From NCBI GenBank assembly GCA_051294375.1, contig CM119264.1, positions 8,802,764 to 8,866,763 of the forward strand: a DNA stretch of 64,000 nt, read 5' to 3'. Below, piece after piece: positions 13,686 to 26,883 of the stretch (its first letter is position 1; each line of letters starts with the position of its first letter). The position numbers and the translations under genes were made by a program. Under the pieces are notes generated by a model. That model did no database searches. It was not told the origin of the DNA and saw only the letters and a list, made by a program, of their open reading frames with translations. This DNA is from Paraspadella gotoi (lineage: Eukaryota > Animalia > Chaetognatha).

Positions 13686-14029
13686 TCCGAAAGCGGCCTC
13701 CGATCTTTATGCTTTTAAGATTTTTTTTTAATGAAACGTTTCGCCGGCGTTTTGGGCGGGGAATGAGACCAAGATACAGACGAAATATCAGCTCCGAAAA
13801 GAAACAATATTCGCGACCGTCGTAGACTAATAGTTTCGTAAAGGACAATGAGGTCTATTTGGGGGGATTCGACTTAAAAGGAGGGTAGAGGCAGAGCGTC
13901 GTCAGTAAATTGATGAGTTCGCAAAAGCACGCTCTCTGTTATCACATAATCGCGTCTGTTTGCATTGTGTTTTTATTAGAATCCACTTTGGTTTCATTTG
14001 AAATCCCTGTCGTACTTACTAATGTGGAG

Positions 14030-14070
14030 GGAAGGCTGTGAGATTCGAACCCACGCCTCCGAAGAGACTG
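14030..14070 (-). pseudogene. tRNA-Leu 3'-half fragment (copy in inverted arm)
   Basis: Reverse complement reads cagtctcttcggaggcgtgggttcgaatctcacagccttc. Confidence 0.7.
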
Positions 14071-17000
14071 ATCATACTGTTAACTTGTTTATCCTTTAAG
14101 AAAGAGTGAACCGTTACAACTTTTCCAACAAAGTATTAACCTCATATTGCGACAGTTTCCTGACCGAAACTAAATTTAATATTTTGGTTTCTGTTTCAGA
14201 ATAATAGCAAAAATGACTTTTATTAAATTTTAAAACAAAAAATATTTCGAGGAGTATTTATTGTTTGAAGCGCTGAGATTCAGGAGAGCCGGGAGCGAGT
14301 AAGCAAAGCATCGGGCCTTATTTAGTTTTAAATTGTCTGAAAGTAAATCTAACGTTTCCTCGTTCGAGTTGAAAGAGAGCTGGGTTACTCGATGCAGAGA
14401 TGGTGCACTGTTCCATTGGTACTTCAACCCACTTTCTCTCTCTCTCTTCTCTCTCGTCTCCTCTGTCTCTCTCTCTCTCGTCTCTCTCTTCTCGCTCCGC
14501 TCTCTCATCCTCTCTCTGTCTGTGTTCCCTCCCCCACGCACATTCAATCTTCATCAATCATGAATTTAATTTCAAACTTTTTTTTTCCGACTCTCAATGC
14601 TCCATTTTTTATTTTTTTTTTATTTCTTCTTATAGGGAAAGATGGTAAGCGGCCAGTCATCCTTCTCTTTGTCTCGAGGCTTCAGAGTCGATTCCTGTCA
14701 CTCAGGTGTGTCAGTGTCGAGGGAGGGGGGCGAACAATTTTTTTTGACGATCGGTTGTTGTTGTTTCTTCTCAAATAAGAAGTTTCGGAATTAAAATCAA
14801 AAGTTTATTCTAGAACATTTGTTTCGAAACGAATTGTTCGAGAATGCTTAGCGGAATATTTTGTCCTTTTGCCAAACATTTCACTATTTCTCCATATTTA
14901 CGTAATTTGCTTTTTATTCTTTCACCTCCTCTCTCAAAAAAATTAAAATCGCTTCTTGTTAATTTGGTAAATAGGCAAGTTGTATGGTTCAGCTTTTGTT
15001 TAAAAAAATAAGACGTTTACAGATTACAGTTAAAAAATAAAAGAACAAAAGTAAGGCACGTAAAAAAAATAGGCATTCTCTCTCTCTTTCTTTCTTTTCT
15101 CTCTCTCTCTCTCTTCTCTTCTCTCTCTCTCTCTCTCTCTGCCTGCACGCAAGCCATTCCTCATCTCGTGGTGACGACTAGTATCGGCTTTGGATTCAAG
15201 GCGGAAACTTGTTTACCTTTTTTTTTATTTGTTGGGTTTGAGAAGAAGCGAAAAGAGAAAGAAGAATAAAAGACGAAGAGAGACAGTTAGAAAGAAAATC
15301 AAGCGAAAGAAAATAAAAAAAAGGAAAGAAAAAGAAAAGGAAAACCTTCGGCGAGTTTCCTCGTTTCGGGACTTTTTTTTCTCACTCATTAACATCTTCT
15401 CTCCTTTTCTCGCTTCGTAGCTTCCACGTTTTCCTATCCTCAATCTCTTTCCCTTTGTTCTTTTCTTTTCTTTTCTTTTTCTTTTCTTTTCTTTTCTTTT
15501 CTTTTCTTTTTTACTTTTCTTTCATTTTCTTTTCCTTTCTTTATTTTCATACTGAAAAACTATTAGGTAAAGTATAAACGTAATAGATATAAGATACATT
15601 AGTTAGATGAGTCCCGTGCTGCACATCTATGACTTATGTTTTAATATAAGAATAAGTTATTCTTGTGATGACGTGAAAAAACAAGAAGAATCGGCTCAGT
15701 CTGAACTTTTTTTGAGGCGGAGTGGTTGAACGTTCGTTTCTCGTGTTCCTTCTAGTATATGTCTCTCTGTATGTTCTAATTCATTTTGACTATTTTATGA
15801 AAATTTTGATTATCTTTTATTTTTATCTCCAAGACATAAAAGAAAAAAATCTTTATTCTCAATTACTCTTTTATTTATTCTTCACGTTAAGTTTTTGTCT
15901 CTTTTCTTCGGCCCAACGCGCGCTAGTATAGTTGTAGCGGTGATGCCGGGTGTGTAGGCATTTGCTCTGACCATGGTGGCGCCATGTGCTTTAGTCTTGT
16001 AAGATCTGCGTGTTTATATATATAGCATACCATCACACTTAAATCCAGAGTGAACGTGAGTGGATTAATACCGGATCTTCCATCATATATGGTTCTTTGA
16101 TTCGAGTCCTATAGCTGTACCATACTATCAATGGGACGAGACTGAGTCTTATGCTCCAAGATACTAACTCTGGCTGTGGAGGTCATTCCATAGTGTGATT
16201 CGCCACATATATTTTATCTTCTATTTATACCTGTTGAAAAACTCTCTAAAATCGAAATATGAGGGCATTTTGATTACTTCCTTGTATATCAGCGATCCTA
16301 GCATTCTCGTGTTTCATATCTCAATCTTGCACTTGCTTTATATGGTCCGAATTGCCTTTGCTCAAATCAGGATCTCGATGTCCAGAAAACGCCTCAGTTA
16401 AGAGGGCGGAAATTTTGAAACCTCTGATTAGAGCTTGTGATAACACGGATCTGCGAGTCCCTAGCAATGTGAAATTTGCGATCGTCACGCTGATGGAGCG
16501 AATGCGAGAAATCATCGACGATATGGAGGTTAATGCATGTGGAAGGGTCACGGGTTAGAATATGAAAAGGAAGTGAGAGAGAAGAGAGAGAGGAGAGGAG
16601 AGAGGGTAGAGAGGATGAAAAGATAATGAAGTAGAGAAGTAATACCCTGATAGATCGTACAACACCAGCAACAAAAGAACCCGTCTTGAAAGTGCTGGGA
16701 AGAATCGCACTTCTCTGAAAAAGAATGATACGTGACTGGGTAACATACAAAAAGAGACCACCAAGAACCGGTAAGAAAGAGAAGGAGAACATGTAGTAGA
16801 AATATATCGTCCGGCTACGATTCGAAGCCTAATGTTATGGCGTGTTAGCGGATTAGAAAGGAAAAAACTAATGCGCTTACCTCTTTTACGTCTCTCGTCT
16901 TCGACGCGCTTGAGTCTTCGTTTTCCCATCCGACTTCTTCTCTATTCTGTATTTTTTACTTGTACTTTCTATTCTCTTTTCTTCTGTCCCTCTCTTTTCC

Positions 17001-20000
17001 TCCCCTCTCTCCTTCTTCTTTTCTTCAGTTATTTTCTTTCCTTCCGCAATCTTGTTCCCCTCGGCGGAGAGCGGTCTTTAATCGCGATTATGAGCCTCAC
17101 CATTATAGTTTGGTTTTCTTCATTTCACTATTGGCCTCTGTTTTTTTCTTGTTCTAAACATGTTCGCGCTGATTTTGCGCTTGCGGCTTTGTCCTTTATT
17201 CTTCCTCGTGTTTCCACTTTGTTAATTATGGTTCGCCTTGATAGTTTTATTTCTGTCTTCCTAACAGGGGTCTTTGCTCTTAGTTTTCTTTTCTATTATC
17301 TTTATATTTGTAATTTTTTGCGTCCTAGTTTTCCATTGATCAAATACTGAATCCCGGATCTTTTCGCTCAGTCAATTTTAAATTTGTCCGTGGGAACGTT
17401 TTATTCTGTCATAAAATTTCATTTAGTCAAAAATTTAAAGAAATGAAGAACAAGTTGGCTTTTTTTTCCCTGCGTTCTTCCATTTGATTCGATTCCATAT
17501 CGAGATTGCGCGTTTGTACGCCTTCTCTTTTCTTTTATCCATCAAAGGTTTGTCTTTTTCTTCCTCCCTGCCGTCTTGTAGACTTTTTTCCTGGGCTACT
17601 TTTCTTCGTCTGTGAGCCGAACGCTCCTTCGTCCTAGTGTGTGCCGTATTGTTTGTAGGGGGTGGTTTCTTTGAATACGTGCTCGATCGCATGTTTTATG
17701 TTGTTTAAAATTCTCTATTTCGTGTAAACCGTTCTATCTGATAAGTTTTAGCACATAGATGTTTTCAAGAGTATTTTCAAAAACCGCCGAGATAAAGCGC
17801 CTTCCTGCTCCACCTTCCCGCCGTCGCTCCCCCTACGTCCCCCGCCTTCATGCAGCGCAAAATATTGACGTATTTTTAACGGTCTTGTTCAATCGCACCC
17901 AACTCCCTTGTTAAATTGCTTACTCCTGTACTGTGCCAAGTGGACTAATTCGTGGCGACAATTTAGGTAGACAGATACGCTCAGGGGAGCGCGGTGGAAT
18001 TCTTCTTTTACTTACTTTTGTTGTGTTTTTCTCTTTTCTCCCTTTTATCCTTCACCATTGTGTGGTCTTTTTCACCACTTAAAAATCTCATTTTCCCCGG
18101 ATTTTCTCTCTCTCACTCTCTCTCTCGCTCTTCGGTCGCTATCCTCTCTCCTTCTCCTTTCTCTCTCGTCTAGTCTCCTCTCCCGTCTGGCTCCTCTCTT
18201 CTCCCGTGTCTGCTCTCCTGATCTCATCGCTGACTCACATTTTTATCACTTTTTTTGCCTCCCCATTTTCTGTTCATTCTCTATTCAAAGTAACCGAGAA
18301 TTACCGTAAAAGGCAGGTCCAGTTTAGGAGATGGCATTCTTTGAGGAGGGAGATGAAGACGTTCTCTTCTTCCCCCCGGGCTCATTCGTTTGATACCCTT
18401 GTCGTACGTCCGACGTCGTCCGTCATTTCTTCGAACCGTCGGGGTCGTAAGCACCCGCGGTTGTCGTCGTCAATCGGCGCAGTGTAGCGGTCGTATGGAT
18501 TCCTTTTTTCACATTTTCCAATCGTCGTCGTCTTCTTCGTCGGCTCTTCCTCGTCGTACTCCGGTCGTAGATTGGGCGAATAAAAAATATTTTAAAAAGG
18601 GTGATCAGTGACAGGGTTAAGAAGCACGTCGTTTTATAGTGGCGAACAAGTTCTTTATATTTAATTCCGATGGTTAATGTCCTCCTTCACATCCTTGATT
18701 ACTAATAGACAAGTCCAGATTCATCTGAAGCTCCTGAAACTGGTGACAATATCTGAAATGGTTCATCCTGGGCGGTTTAAAAGTTTATTTTCTTTTCTTG
18801 TTAAAAAACCCAAAATTTTTTTGATTCTGTCACTTTCATCCGGTGGCTTTTCTCTTGTTAATTTTTAATTTAAAAAATGTTCTTTTTTTCTTCAAGGGCA
18901 TGCATGTAGACTTTGCCTTAATCGTCTTTTTTTTTTCTTTCTGTTGTATCCAATCAATAATTACGTGCAGATTCATTCGAAATCATCAATCATTATGATG
19001 TCTCTATATCAACACATGCTGACTTTCTTTGTGATTCGTCCATTCTTCTGACGCATGGTCACATATTTCACAAACATTTAATCCCTTTTTATAAATCGTA
19101 TTTTTTTATCTCTATCCTTCTTTATATTCATTCCCGTCATTTAAACATGCTACTTTTTCTTCCTCGTCCTTGCATCAGATTTCAAGAATCTTCCTTATCC
19201 GCGTCCTCTACTCGTTTTTTCTTTTCCGTCTTTTTTTCTGCCCCTATTCTTCCTACTGACGCCTTCCCCATTCCCCTTTCCACCCTCCGATCCATCGCTC
19301 CTCTAACTTTGCGCAGATCGTGCACTTGGCTTGCATGGCAGCAGCAACCCTCCTATGGAGTGACCTCAAAGGTAGTTGCTGCTAGGCAACCCAACTGGCT
19401 TTCTCTACACCTGGTTGAAAGGAGATCTTAAAAGACTGAGCGAAACCACCGAAAGCTCCCAGGGAAAGAGGAGGGGTTATGAGGAGAGAGAGAGAGAGGA
19501 GGAGAGAAGAGGAAAAAGAGAGATGGAGGAGAGGCAGAGAGAGAGAGCAGCAGAGCGTTCAGCACTGCCTCTATCGGAGTGCCGTCACCCTTACCCTCCG
19601 TTTCTTCTTTTTTCTCCACCAAAGTCATAGTTTTTTTTGTTGTCCGTCTAGTCGTCTGGTCGAAGGAATTTTCGCCAGTAAATGACGGGTTCTTTGTTGA
19701 TGGGTGTGGCGTCCCACTGGTCAAGCCGAGTTTAACCTATGGATCGGCCTGCGAAGACACCGGTGTCGGAAGGTAAGGCTGCTTCTCATTCTGAGATTCG
19801 TCATTGGCTCTGTTAGGTGTCCCGGCCTCTCTCTCCTTCTTACTTAATTCCTATATGTCCGAGGTACATGTGGGATGATAGCTTCTTCTTTTTTTTGCTC
19901 TAGCGATGTCTAAGCCATCTATACATGCTGTAATTCCAGCTCTTGAATATCTTCGACGCTACGTACACTGGCGACCATCAACTCATCTAACAGACACGAA

Positions 20001-20187
20001 AAGAGGGCGTCATTTTTAAATTTGACGGTGGTCGATGACTGGGCACGTTTCTGCCATTTGTGTTGTGAAGAGAGGTTACAAAATTATCCGTGTAAATTTT
20101 TTGTATTGTCTTGAACCAGTCGAAATCAATGTTCTTTTTTTTTAACAAAGAGGAGAGCAAGTTTTTCTTTTTAATGAATTTTTTCAG

Positions 20188-20317
20188 GTGCTGCTGAGAC
20201 GGGTGTGGTTTTTAATCTCTTCCGGCGCAGCTCGCTCCGATGTTCGCCGCGGCGACGTCAACGAGCTAAACACTGATACTCTTCTCGGAAGGACCAAGCC
20301 GCTTGACTGACGTACAG
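20188..20317 (+). pseudogene. Insertion-riddled inverted copy of exon 25333-25245
   Basis: Same flanks (ttttcag|gtg ... cgtacag|gt) but 130 nt instead of 89 nt, with the frame destroyed. Confidence 0.8.
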
Positions 20318-21767
20318 GTTATACCCCTGACAGTATCGGATTCTTGAGAAGATTTGTGTTCGAACATATAGAGCAAAAAGAAGAGCAACGGAAGGTAGAT
20401 AAACCAGACTGACAGTATGCTAGCCATAGGCAATCGGCAGAATTCTCTTTTTGTTTGCTAAACCAACGTTGTCAAATCATTGTGTTGTTTGAAAAAACTT
20501 AATTTGAATTTTAGAAATACAACATTTATGGTAGGAAGATATTTGTTAACTTCTGGACTTCACTTCAATGGCGAAAGAAACTTTAAGAAGAACATTTTCT
20601 CTTTGTTTGGTTGTGTTTTTTGAGTCTGTGAACTATGTCATTAACGATCTCTGCACACGATATCGATCTGCAATTTGTATGTTATGTTACAGACCGAAAG
20701 CTGATTTATAATCTTTGACAGGCTTTTAAGCTAAATTCGGAATCTCGCTCGTCTGACGCGTCCTCTACAATCGTCGTCTCTTTCTCTCGAGTCTTGCTGG
20801 GCTCGATGCCGAGTCGCTCGTCTCTCGTCTCTCCTCGCATCTCTCTCGTGCTTGTCTGCTTCCTCTCCTTCTCTTCATCCGCTTACTATCTGGCGAGTCC
20901 TGCGTCCGCTGCCATGTCTGCTCCGTCGTCTGGCCTCTCTTCTCTCGGTCTCTCCGCTCTCCTCGCCTCTCTTGCTCTCTCTGATCTCTCCCACAGACTG
21001 TCTTTTCCTGCTTTTAGGCCTTACCCGCTTCTTCATCCGTTTAACGTCTTTTTATGTCCGGTGGCTGCGCGGTGTTGTTTCCACCGTAATTAGAACAGAG
21101 ATGTTGAAATAAATGATGACCCATTGCCAGATCTTCCCGGGGGCATTTTGTTTATGCCAAGATGTTTTTTTTGTAAGGAGCAAATTCATTTTTTTTCAAG
21201 GAAACAGCGAAAGAGAGAAAGAAATAGGAGGAAACTTCCTTCCGCCGCCTCCAGAGCTTACGCTCTCTTCTTCGTCCTCTCGCGACCCTCCTAGAACCGA
21301 GACACCACCGTTTCAAATTTTCGCCTTTTCTTTCCTTCTTTTCCCCTCTCTTCTCACTTTACTTTTCCCTCTCTTAACTTCTCCTCTCTTTCCCTCTCCT
21401 TGATCTCCCTGCCTCCGGTCCCTCATTCCTTTCCCCGCCCGCCTCACCCACTTCCTCACCTTTATTTTTTTTCAATAAATTTTTCACGTCATGGCAGTTG
21501 CAAGGGCGTCGTGGAAGGGGGGAAAATCCGCCATTAAGTTTTGGAAAACATAGCGGGGATAGTGAAAGTCGTCGAGGGATCGTTTATAACACAGAGAATT
21601 AACGTTTCGAACAACATCACGATTCGCCCAGGTGAGCGACGTATGGTCGGCGACGGAAGGAAAAAAGGGATGATAAAAGGAGAATCGGGGTTCATAAAAC
21701 GGTGAACTCTCTCTCTTCACTCTCTCTCTCTCTCTTTCCTCTCCCCCTCTCTTCTCCTCTCGTCTCT

Positions 21768-21807
<40 letters not shown>

Positions 21808-21829
21808 CTTTTCTCTCTCTGTCCCATTC

Positions 21830-22090
21830 TCACTAATCTAGAAATTCGGCCATTTAATTTTCAAATAATGTTCAAATATAGTATTTATAAAAGGTATTAT
21901 ATATTAATAACATGAATTGGTACAAGTTATCCATCATTTAATAAATAAGACTATCTTACCCCTTACCTCTGAGGGACAGGCTTTGGTGGTTCAGGCCTCA
22001 TCACTCTTACAAGATATTGACATAGCAAGGTTCCAGCACAAGCTTTCAATCAAGACTCTCACACAGTCTCGTTTATTCACTCCCAGATAT
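21830..22090 (+). repeat. Copy of ~200-bp dispersed repeat family
   Basis: Shares 'ttatccattcatttaataaataag..ggctttggt..atcactcttacaagat..gacatagcaagg..aagctttcaatcaagactctc..gtctcgtttattcactcccaga' with 24240-24460, 41010-41115, 56001-56207 and 56398-56602(-). Confidence 0.85.
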
Positions 22091-23663
22091 ATATTATATA
22101 TACTTTTGCTCATCTTCTTTCTTTTCTCATTCTCTCATCTTCCTTTCTTTTTGGTCCCTTCGTGTCTCTAATCTCCCCAGCCTTTCTCTCTCCACTCATC
22201 TTTTCGCCTTTCCCACTTGAACTCGCTGTATCTTTCAAATATATTTTCCTCAACTTAGGATTTTTAAGTCTTACTTGATTTTATAGCGTTTGAAAATTTA
22301 ATCGCGATAGAAGTTTATGGATATAATTTACGTTTTCGAAATTGCCTTTACTGTACAGTGGGATCAAGATATTATTATGAGTGCGGGTAATATCTCTAAA
22401 TCAGAATCGACCGATTAGATAAATTTTTATTTTTCAATATTAAAAAAATAAAGAAAAATATTTTTTAAAAAATACTAACAGACTATAATTTGATGGAAAC
22501 CTTGACCGTAGTAAATTTTGACGGTAGTCAACATTTATCTACTTTGTGATAGTCGGTTTTAAGACGAAGCTTCTTTTAGCTTTAATGTTACTAACAGCAG
22601 TTCGTCTATACATTTATATTTTCAATCCTTCACCACCACTTTTTTTACCACCCAAACCACGCCTCCCCACCCTTTTCGCCAGGCGTCCTCTCATCCGACA
22701 TGGGCCAAAACCTCCACTGCTCCCACTGTACCACCTCCAGCTGGCACCAGAGCTACAGAACCTGAGCTGCGGCTCAAGAATCGACGCTTCAGACGTCCGC
22801 TTCGACCACTGTACATCTCTGTCACCGGACAATCTCGTCACTCTGGGAGACGATGGAACGATTCTCCGTCATAGATGACCAGATCCTGTCAAACCAAAGA
22901 TCACCGTGGACCAGATCGGGGTGGAGAGGTGAGCTGATTTGATGGAAGATGTGAAGAACAGGAGGAGGCGAGGGGAAGAGGGGGAGGGAGAGGAGAGGGT
23001 GAGAGAGGGGGGGAAGCAGAAGGGGTGAAAAGGGGAAGAAGGGGAGAAGGAAGAGGGATTGAGAGGGACGTGGGGATGATTAGGATCTCAATTTGACGCA
23101 ATACCGAGTTGAGACAAACACAACCATCTTTAAAAACCTCCTAACTCATTATTGTCCAGATGCGATTATCTTACGTAATCTTCGAGAATTCTTCTTCAAC
23201 TGGTTTAAAAGGATGATCAGTGTATCTTTATATTAGCTATTAATAGTCTCTTTTAATTACCCTCATCAGGAATTCTCCATTCTTTCCCTCTCGGTCTCTC
23301 GCCGTCTCTCTCTCTCTCTCTTCTCTTATCTCTCTCTCTTCTCTTCTCTCCCTCTCTTTTTCTGTATCTCTCTCTCTCTTGCTCTCCCTCTCCTCGGCTG
23401 GCGATGGCTCAAAATGGCCACTCGATCCTTGGGATTAAATTTTCAACGCCTATAAAATCAAGTAAGCTAAAATCCTAGTTGAGGAAAAAATTTTGAAAGA
23501 TACAGCCGAGTTCAAGTGGGAAAGGCGAAAGAGGAGTGAGAGAGAAAGTGAGAGAGAGATTGAGACACGAAGGGACAAAAAGAAAGGAAGATAGAGAATA
23601 GAAAAGAAAGAAGAGAGCAAAGATATATATAATAATATATCTGGGAGTGAATAAACGAGACTG
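22065..23663. repeat. Nested inverted repeat, arms ~22065-22305 and ~23432-23663
   Basis: 'cagtctcgtttattcactcccagatat...ttttcgcctttcccacttgaactc...ttgaaaatttaatc' matches the reverse complement of 23432-23663. The right arm ends exactly at a 25-N gap. Confidence 0.9.
22741..22928 (+). CDS. Frameshifted candidate exon, probably the IgSF exon that follows 25333-25245 but in opposite orientation
   Basis: Acceptor ccacctccag| and donor GAG|GTGAGC. Allowing indels it reads S-C-T..PELRLK..DNLVTLGDDGTILRHR..KPKDHRG, resembling a C2-set Ig domain. It lies downstream of the + strand copy of the previous exon. Confidence 0.4.
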
Positions 23664-24239
23664 NNNNNNNNNNNNNNNNNNNNNNNNNATGTTTCAAAGA
23701 GATAACAACTTTAAAAAAACAAAGAAAAAACGGACTTTTTCCCACTGTTTGTCATGTAGAATCAAGAGATGAAGAATTTCTAAAACACCGGTAACAAACG
23801 AATTTAAAGAAAATAAGAAATAAACACGTTAAATACTTCTGCAAATAAACATCATCTTCGGAGTTGTTAAAATTTGGTGAGGACAGTTATTAAAATATCT
23901 TTTCTACTCAAAACAACAAATTTCCTCCTCTTTATTTTTCACTCGTCCTTTCTCTGTCTCCTCTTTTCTCTTGTAATTTGTTATGTTTAAGCTTTCTCTC
24001 AGCTCTCAATAGATAAAAATCCGTTTAATACACCCAGGATAAACGGTCTCCTCAGCTTTTTCTCTGTCCTGTACATACTCACATCATCTGAAAAACCTCT
24101 TAATAACAATAAAAAGAAAACGATTCTTTTTCAATGTAAAAAATGAACTCTCATATCAAATATCTTAATTATACTATAACTCAATCAATGAACGTGAAAA
24201 ATACTTGTCGTTGCTATTCATAATTTCCACTTATGCCTA

Positions 24240-24460
24240 GAATTCACTCCATCTAAATTTTCAAATAATGTTCAAATAATAGTATTTATAAAAGGGTTTA
24301 TAAAATAAACATAATATGAAAGTTATCCATTCATTTAATAAATAAGGACTATCTATGACCCCTGACCTCTGGGGGAAGGCTTTGGTTGTTCAGGTCCTCC
24401 ATCACTCTTACAAGATTTGACATAGCAAGGTTCCTGCAACAAGCTTTCAATATGACTCTC
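24240..24460 (+). repeat. Copy of ~200-bp dispersed repeat family
   Basis: Direct match to 21830-22060 (tttcaaataatgttcaaat..agtatttataaaag..ttatccattcatttaataaataagg..). Confidence 0.85.
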
Positions 24461-25244
24461 TCAACGTTTTATGAACCCCGATTCCCTTTTATCATTCCCT
24501 TTTTCCTTCCGTCGCCGCCTACGTCGCTCACCTGGGCGAATCGTGATGTTGTTCGAAACGTAATTCTCTGTGTTATAAACGATTCCCTCGACGACTTTCT
24601 TCCCCAGTTTCCAAATTAACTTGGGCGGATTTTCCCCCTTCCACGACGCCTTGCAACTGCAGCGTGAAAAATGAAAAAAAATAAGCGTGAGAAGTGGGTG
24701 AGGCAGGCGGGAAAGGAGGGGACGGGAGGAGGAAGGGAGAGGGGAAAGAGAGAAAGAAAGAGAGGAAAAGTAAAGTGAGAAGAGAGGGGAAAAAGGGAAA
24801 TTGAAACGGTGTCTAGAGGGGCGAGAGAGAGAAGAGAGCGTAAGCGTGAGAGGGGAAAGATTTTAAGGAAGTTTCCTCCTTTTTTTTTCTTTCTCTCTTT
24901 CCTGTTTCCTTGAAAAATGAATTTGCTTCTTAGAAAAAACATCTTGGCATAAACAAATCGCATGGGTATCATATTTTCACTCTTCTAATGGAACAAAGGA
25001 AGAGTTAAACGNNNNNNNNNNAGTTCACAGACTCAAAAACAACAAACAAAAAGAAAATAGAAAAGAAAATGTTCTTAAAGTTTTCTTTCGCCATTAAGGA
25101 AGCAAAGTTAAAATCTTCTTAATAAATGCGTATTTAAAATTCAAATTAAGTTTTCAAACAAACAATGGTTTAAGTTTAGAAGTTTCTTTTATTCAGTTTC
25201 TCTTGTTTTTCTTTCTATTCAAATTTCAAGAATGTCAGGGTTAC

Positions 25245-25333
25245 CTGTACGTCAGCGGCTTGTCTTCCGTGAGTACAGTGTTTTCTTCTTGACGCGGCGA
25301 ACATTTCGGAGAGTAAACAACCGTCAGCGTCAC
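25245..25333 (-). CDS. IgSF exon: VTLTVVYSPKCSPRQEENTVLTEDKPLTY(R/S)
   Basis: Acceptor ttttttcag| and donor CAG|GTAACC; 89 nt, phase 0 in, phase 2 out. It continues ...GQYKCSNIVQ|VTLTVVYSPKC, a typical Ig G-strand plus linker. Confidence 0.8.
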
Positions 25334-25764
25334 CTGAAAAAAATTCATAAAAAAAACTTTGTAAAAAAAAAAGAAATTGATTTCGACTTTCAAGAAAAAA
25401 ATTACACGATAATTTTTTAACTCTCTCAAAAAATGAAAGCAGTAATCGACAGTCAATTAAAATGACGCCTCTTTTTCGTGTCTCTTAGACTGAGTTGATG
25501 TTCGCCAGTGTACGTGCGTCAAGATTCAAGAGGGGATGGCTTAGACAGGAAAAACAATCATGTACTCGGAAATATTGAGGATTAAGTAGAGAGAGAGAGA
25601 GAGGGAAAGAGCGAGAGAGAGTCGTGGAGGCGGTAAATCGGCTTAGACGTGGACGCATCAACAAAGAACCGTCATTACTGGGCGAAAATTCCTTCCGACC
25701 AGAGAAACGGAAACAAAAAATGACTTTTGGGAGAAACGGAGGGGCGATCGATAGAGGGGGTGAA

Positions 25765-25813
<49 letters not shown>

Positions 25814-26813
25814 TCGGTGTTTTCCTCAGTCTTTAGTCTTTTAACCAGGTAGAAAAGCCAGTGGTGCCCTTAGCAACTCCTGAGGTCACTTTTGCTGCCA
25901 TGGAAACCAGATTGCGCAGTTTTTAGAGGACGATGGGGATCGGAGGGTGAAAGGGAATGCGGGAAAAGGGGTCAATAGGAAATAGGGCAGAAAAAAGACG
26001 GAAAAGAGTAGAACGCGAAGGAAAAGATGAAATCTGATGAAAGGACGAGAAGAAAAGTAGATGTTAAATTGACGGGAAATGGAATAAAAAGGGATAGAGA
26101 TAAGAAAAAATACGATAAAAGGATAATGTTGAAATTGTGACCATCTAAAGAAAAGTGACGAATCACAAAGAAAAGTCATTTGTTATAGAGAATCATAATG
26201 ATTTTGATGATTTCGATGAATCTGATGATAATTATTATTGATAAAGAAAAAAAAAACGATTAAGGCAAAGTCTAAGCATGCCTTGAAGAAAAAGACATTT
26301 TTTTAAATAAAAATTAACAGAGAAAAGCACCGGATGAAAGTGAACAATCAAAAATTTGGTTTAACAAGAAAAGAAAATAACTTTTAAACCGCAGACTAAC
26401 CATTCAGATATTGTCACCAGTTTCAGGAGCTTCAGTGAATCTGGACTTGTCATTAGTAAGTCAAGTGTGAGACTATTAACCATCGGACAAATAAATATAA
26501 AGAACTTGTTCGCCCTAAAAAAACCTTTAACCTTGTCACTGATCACCCTTTTAAAATATTTTTTATTCGCCCAACACGACGAGTACGACGAGGAAGACGA
26601 CGAAGAAGACGACGACGATGAAAAAGGAATAAGACGACGACGATGACGACGACAACGGTGCTTACGACGACGGTGAAGATGACGACGAACTCGAGACGAC
26701 AAGTTTATTCAAATGAGCGGGAAGAAGAAACGTTTCATCTTCCTCGTCAAGATGCCATCTTAACTCTGCTTTACTATCTCGTTATGAAAGAGGAAAAAAA
26801 TGATAAAATGGAG

Positions 26814-26883
<70 letters not shown>

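Larger units (their letters stand above)
11046..21705 (+). repeat. Left (noisy) arm of a large inverted duplication; partner 24462-31870
   Basis: Collinear reverse-complement matches throughout: 11046-11300/31600-31870, 14030-14070/28913-28952, 17320-17430/27290-27400, 18570-18760/26400-26570, 21500-21705/24462-24670. It begins immediately after a 25-N gap and carries many small insertions relative to its partner. Confidence 0.95.

Noticed and set aside
26575-26700. Asp/Glu-rich reading suggestive of an acidic protein (similar tracts at 31595, 53657 and 62345)
   Set aside because: Degenerate (GAC/GAT)n microsatellites recur across the window, with no consistent frame or splice sites.
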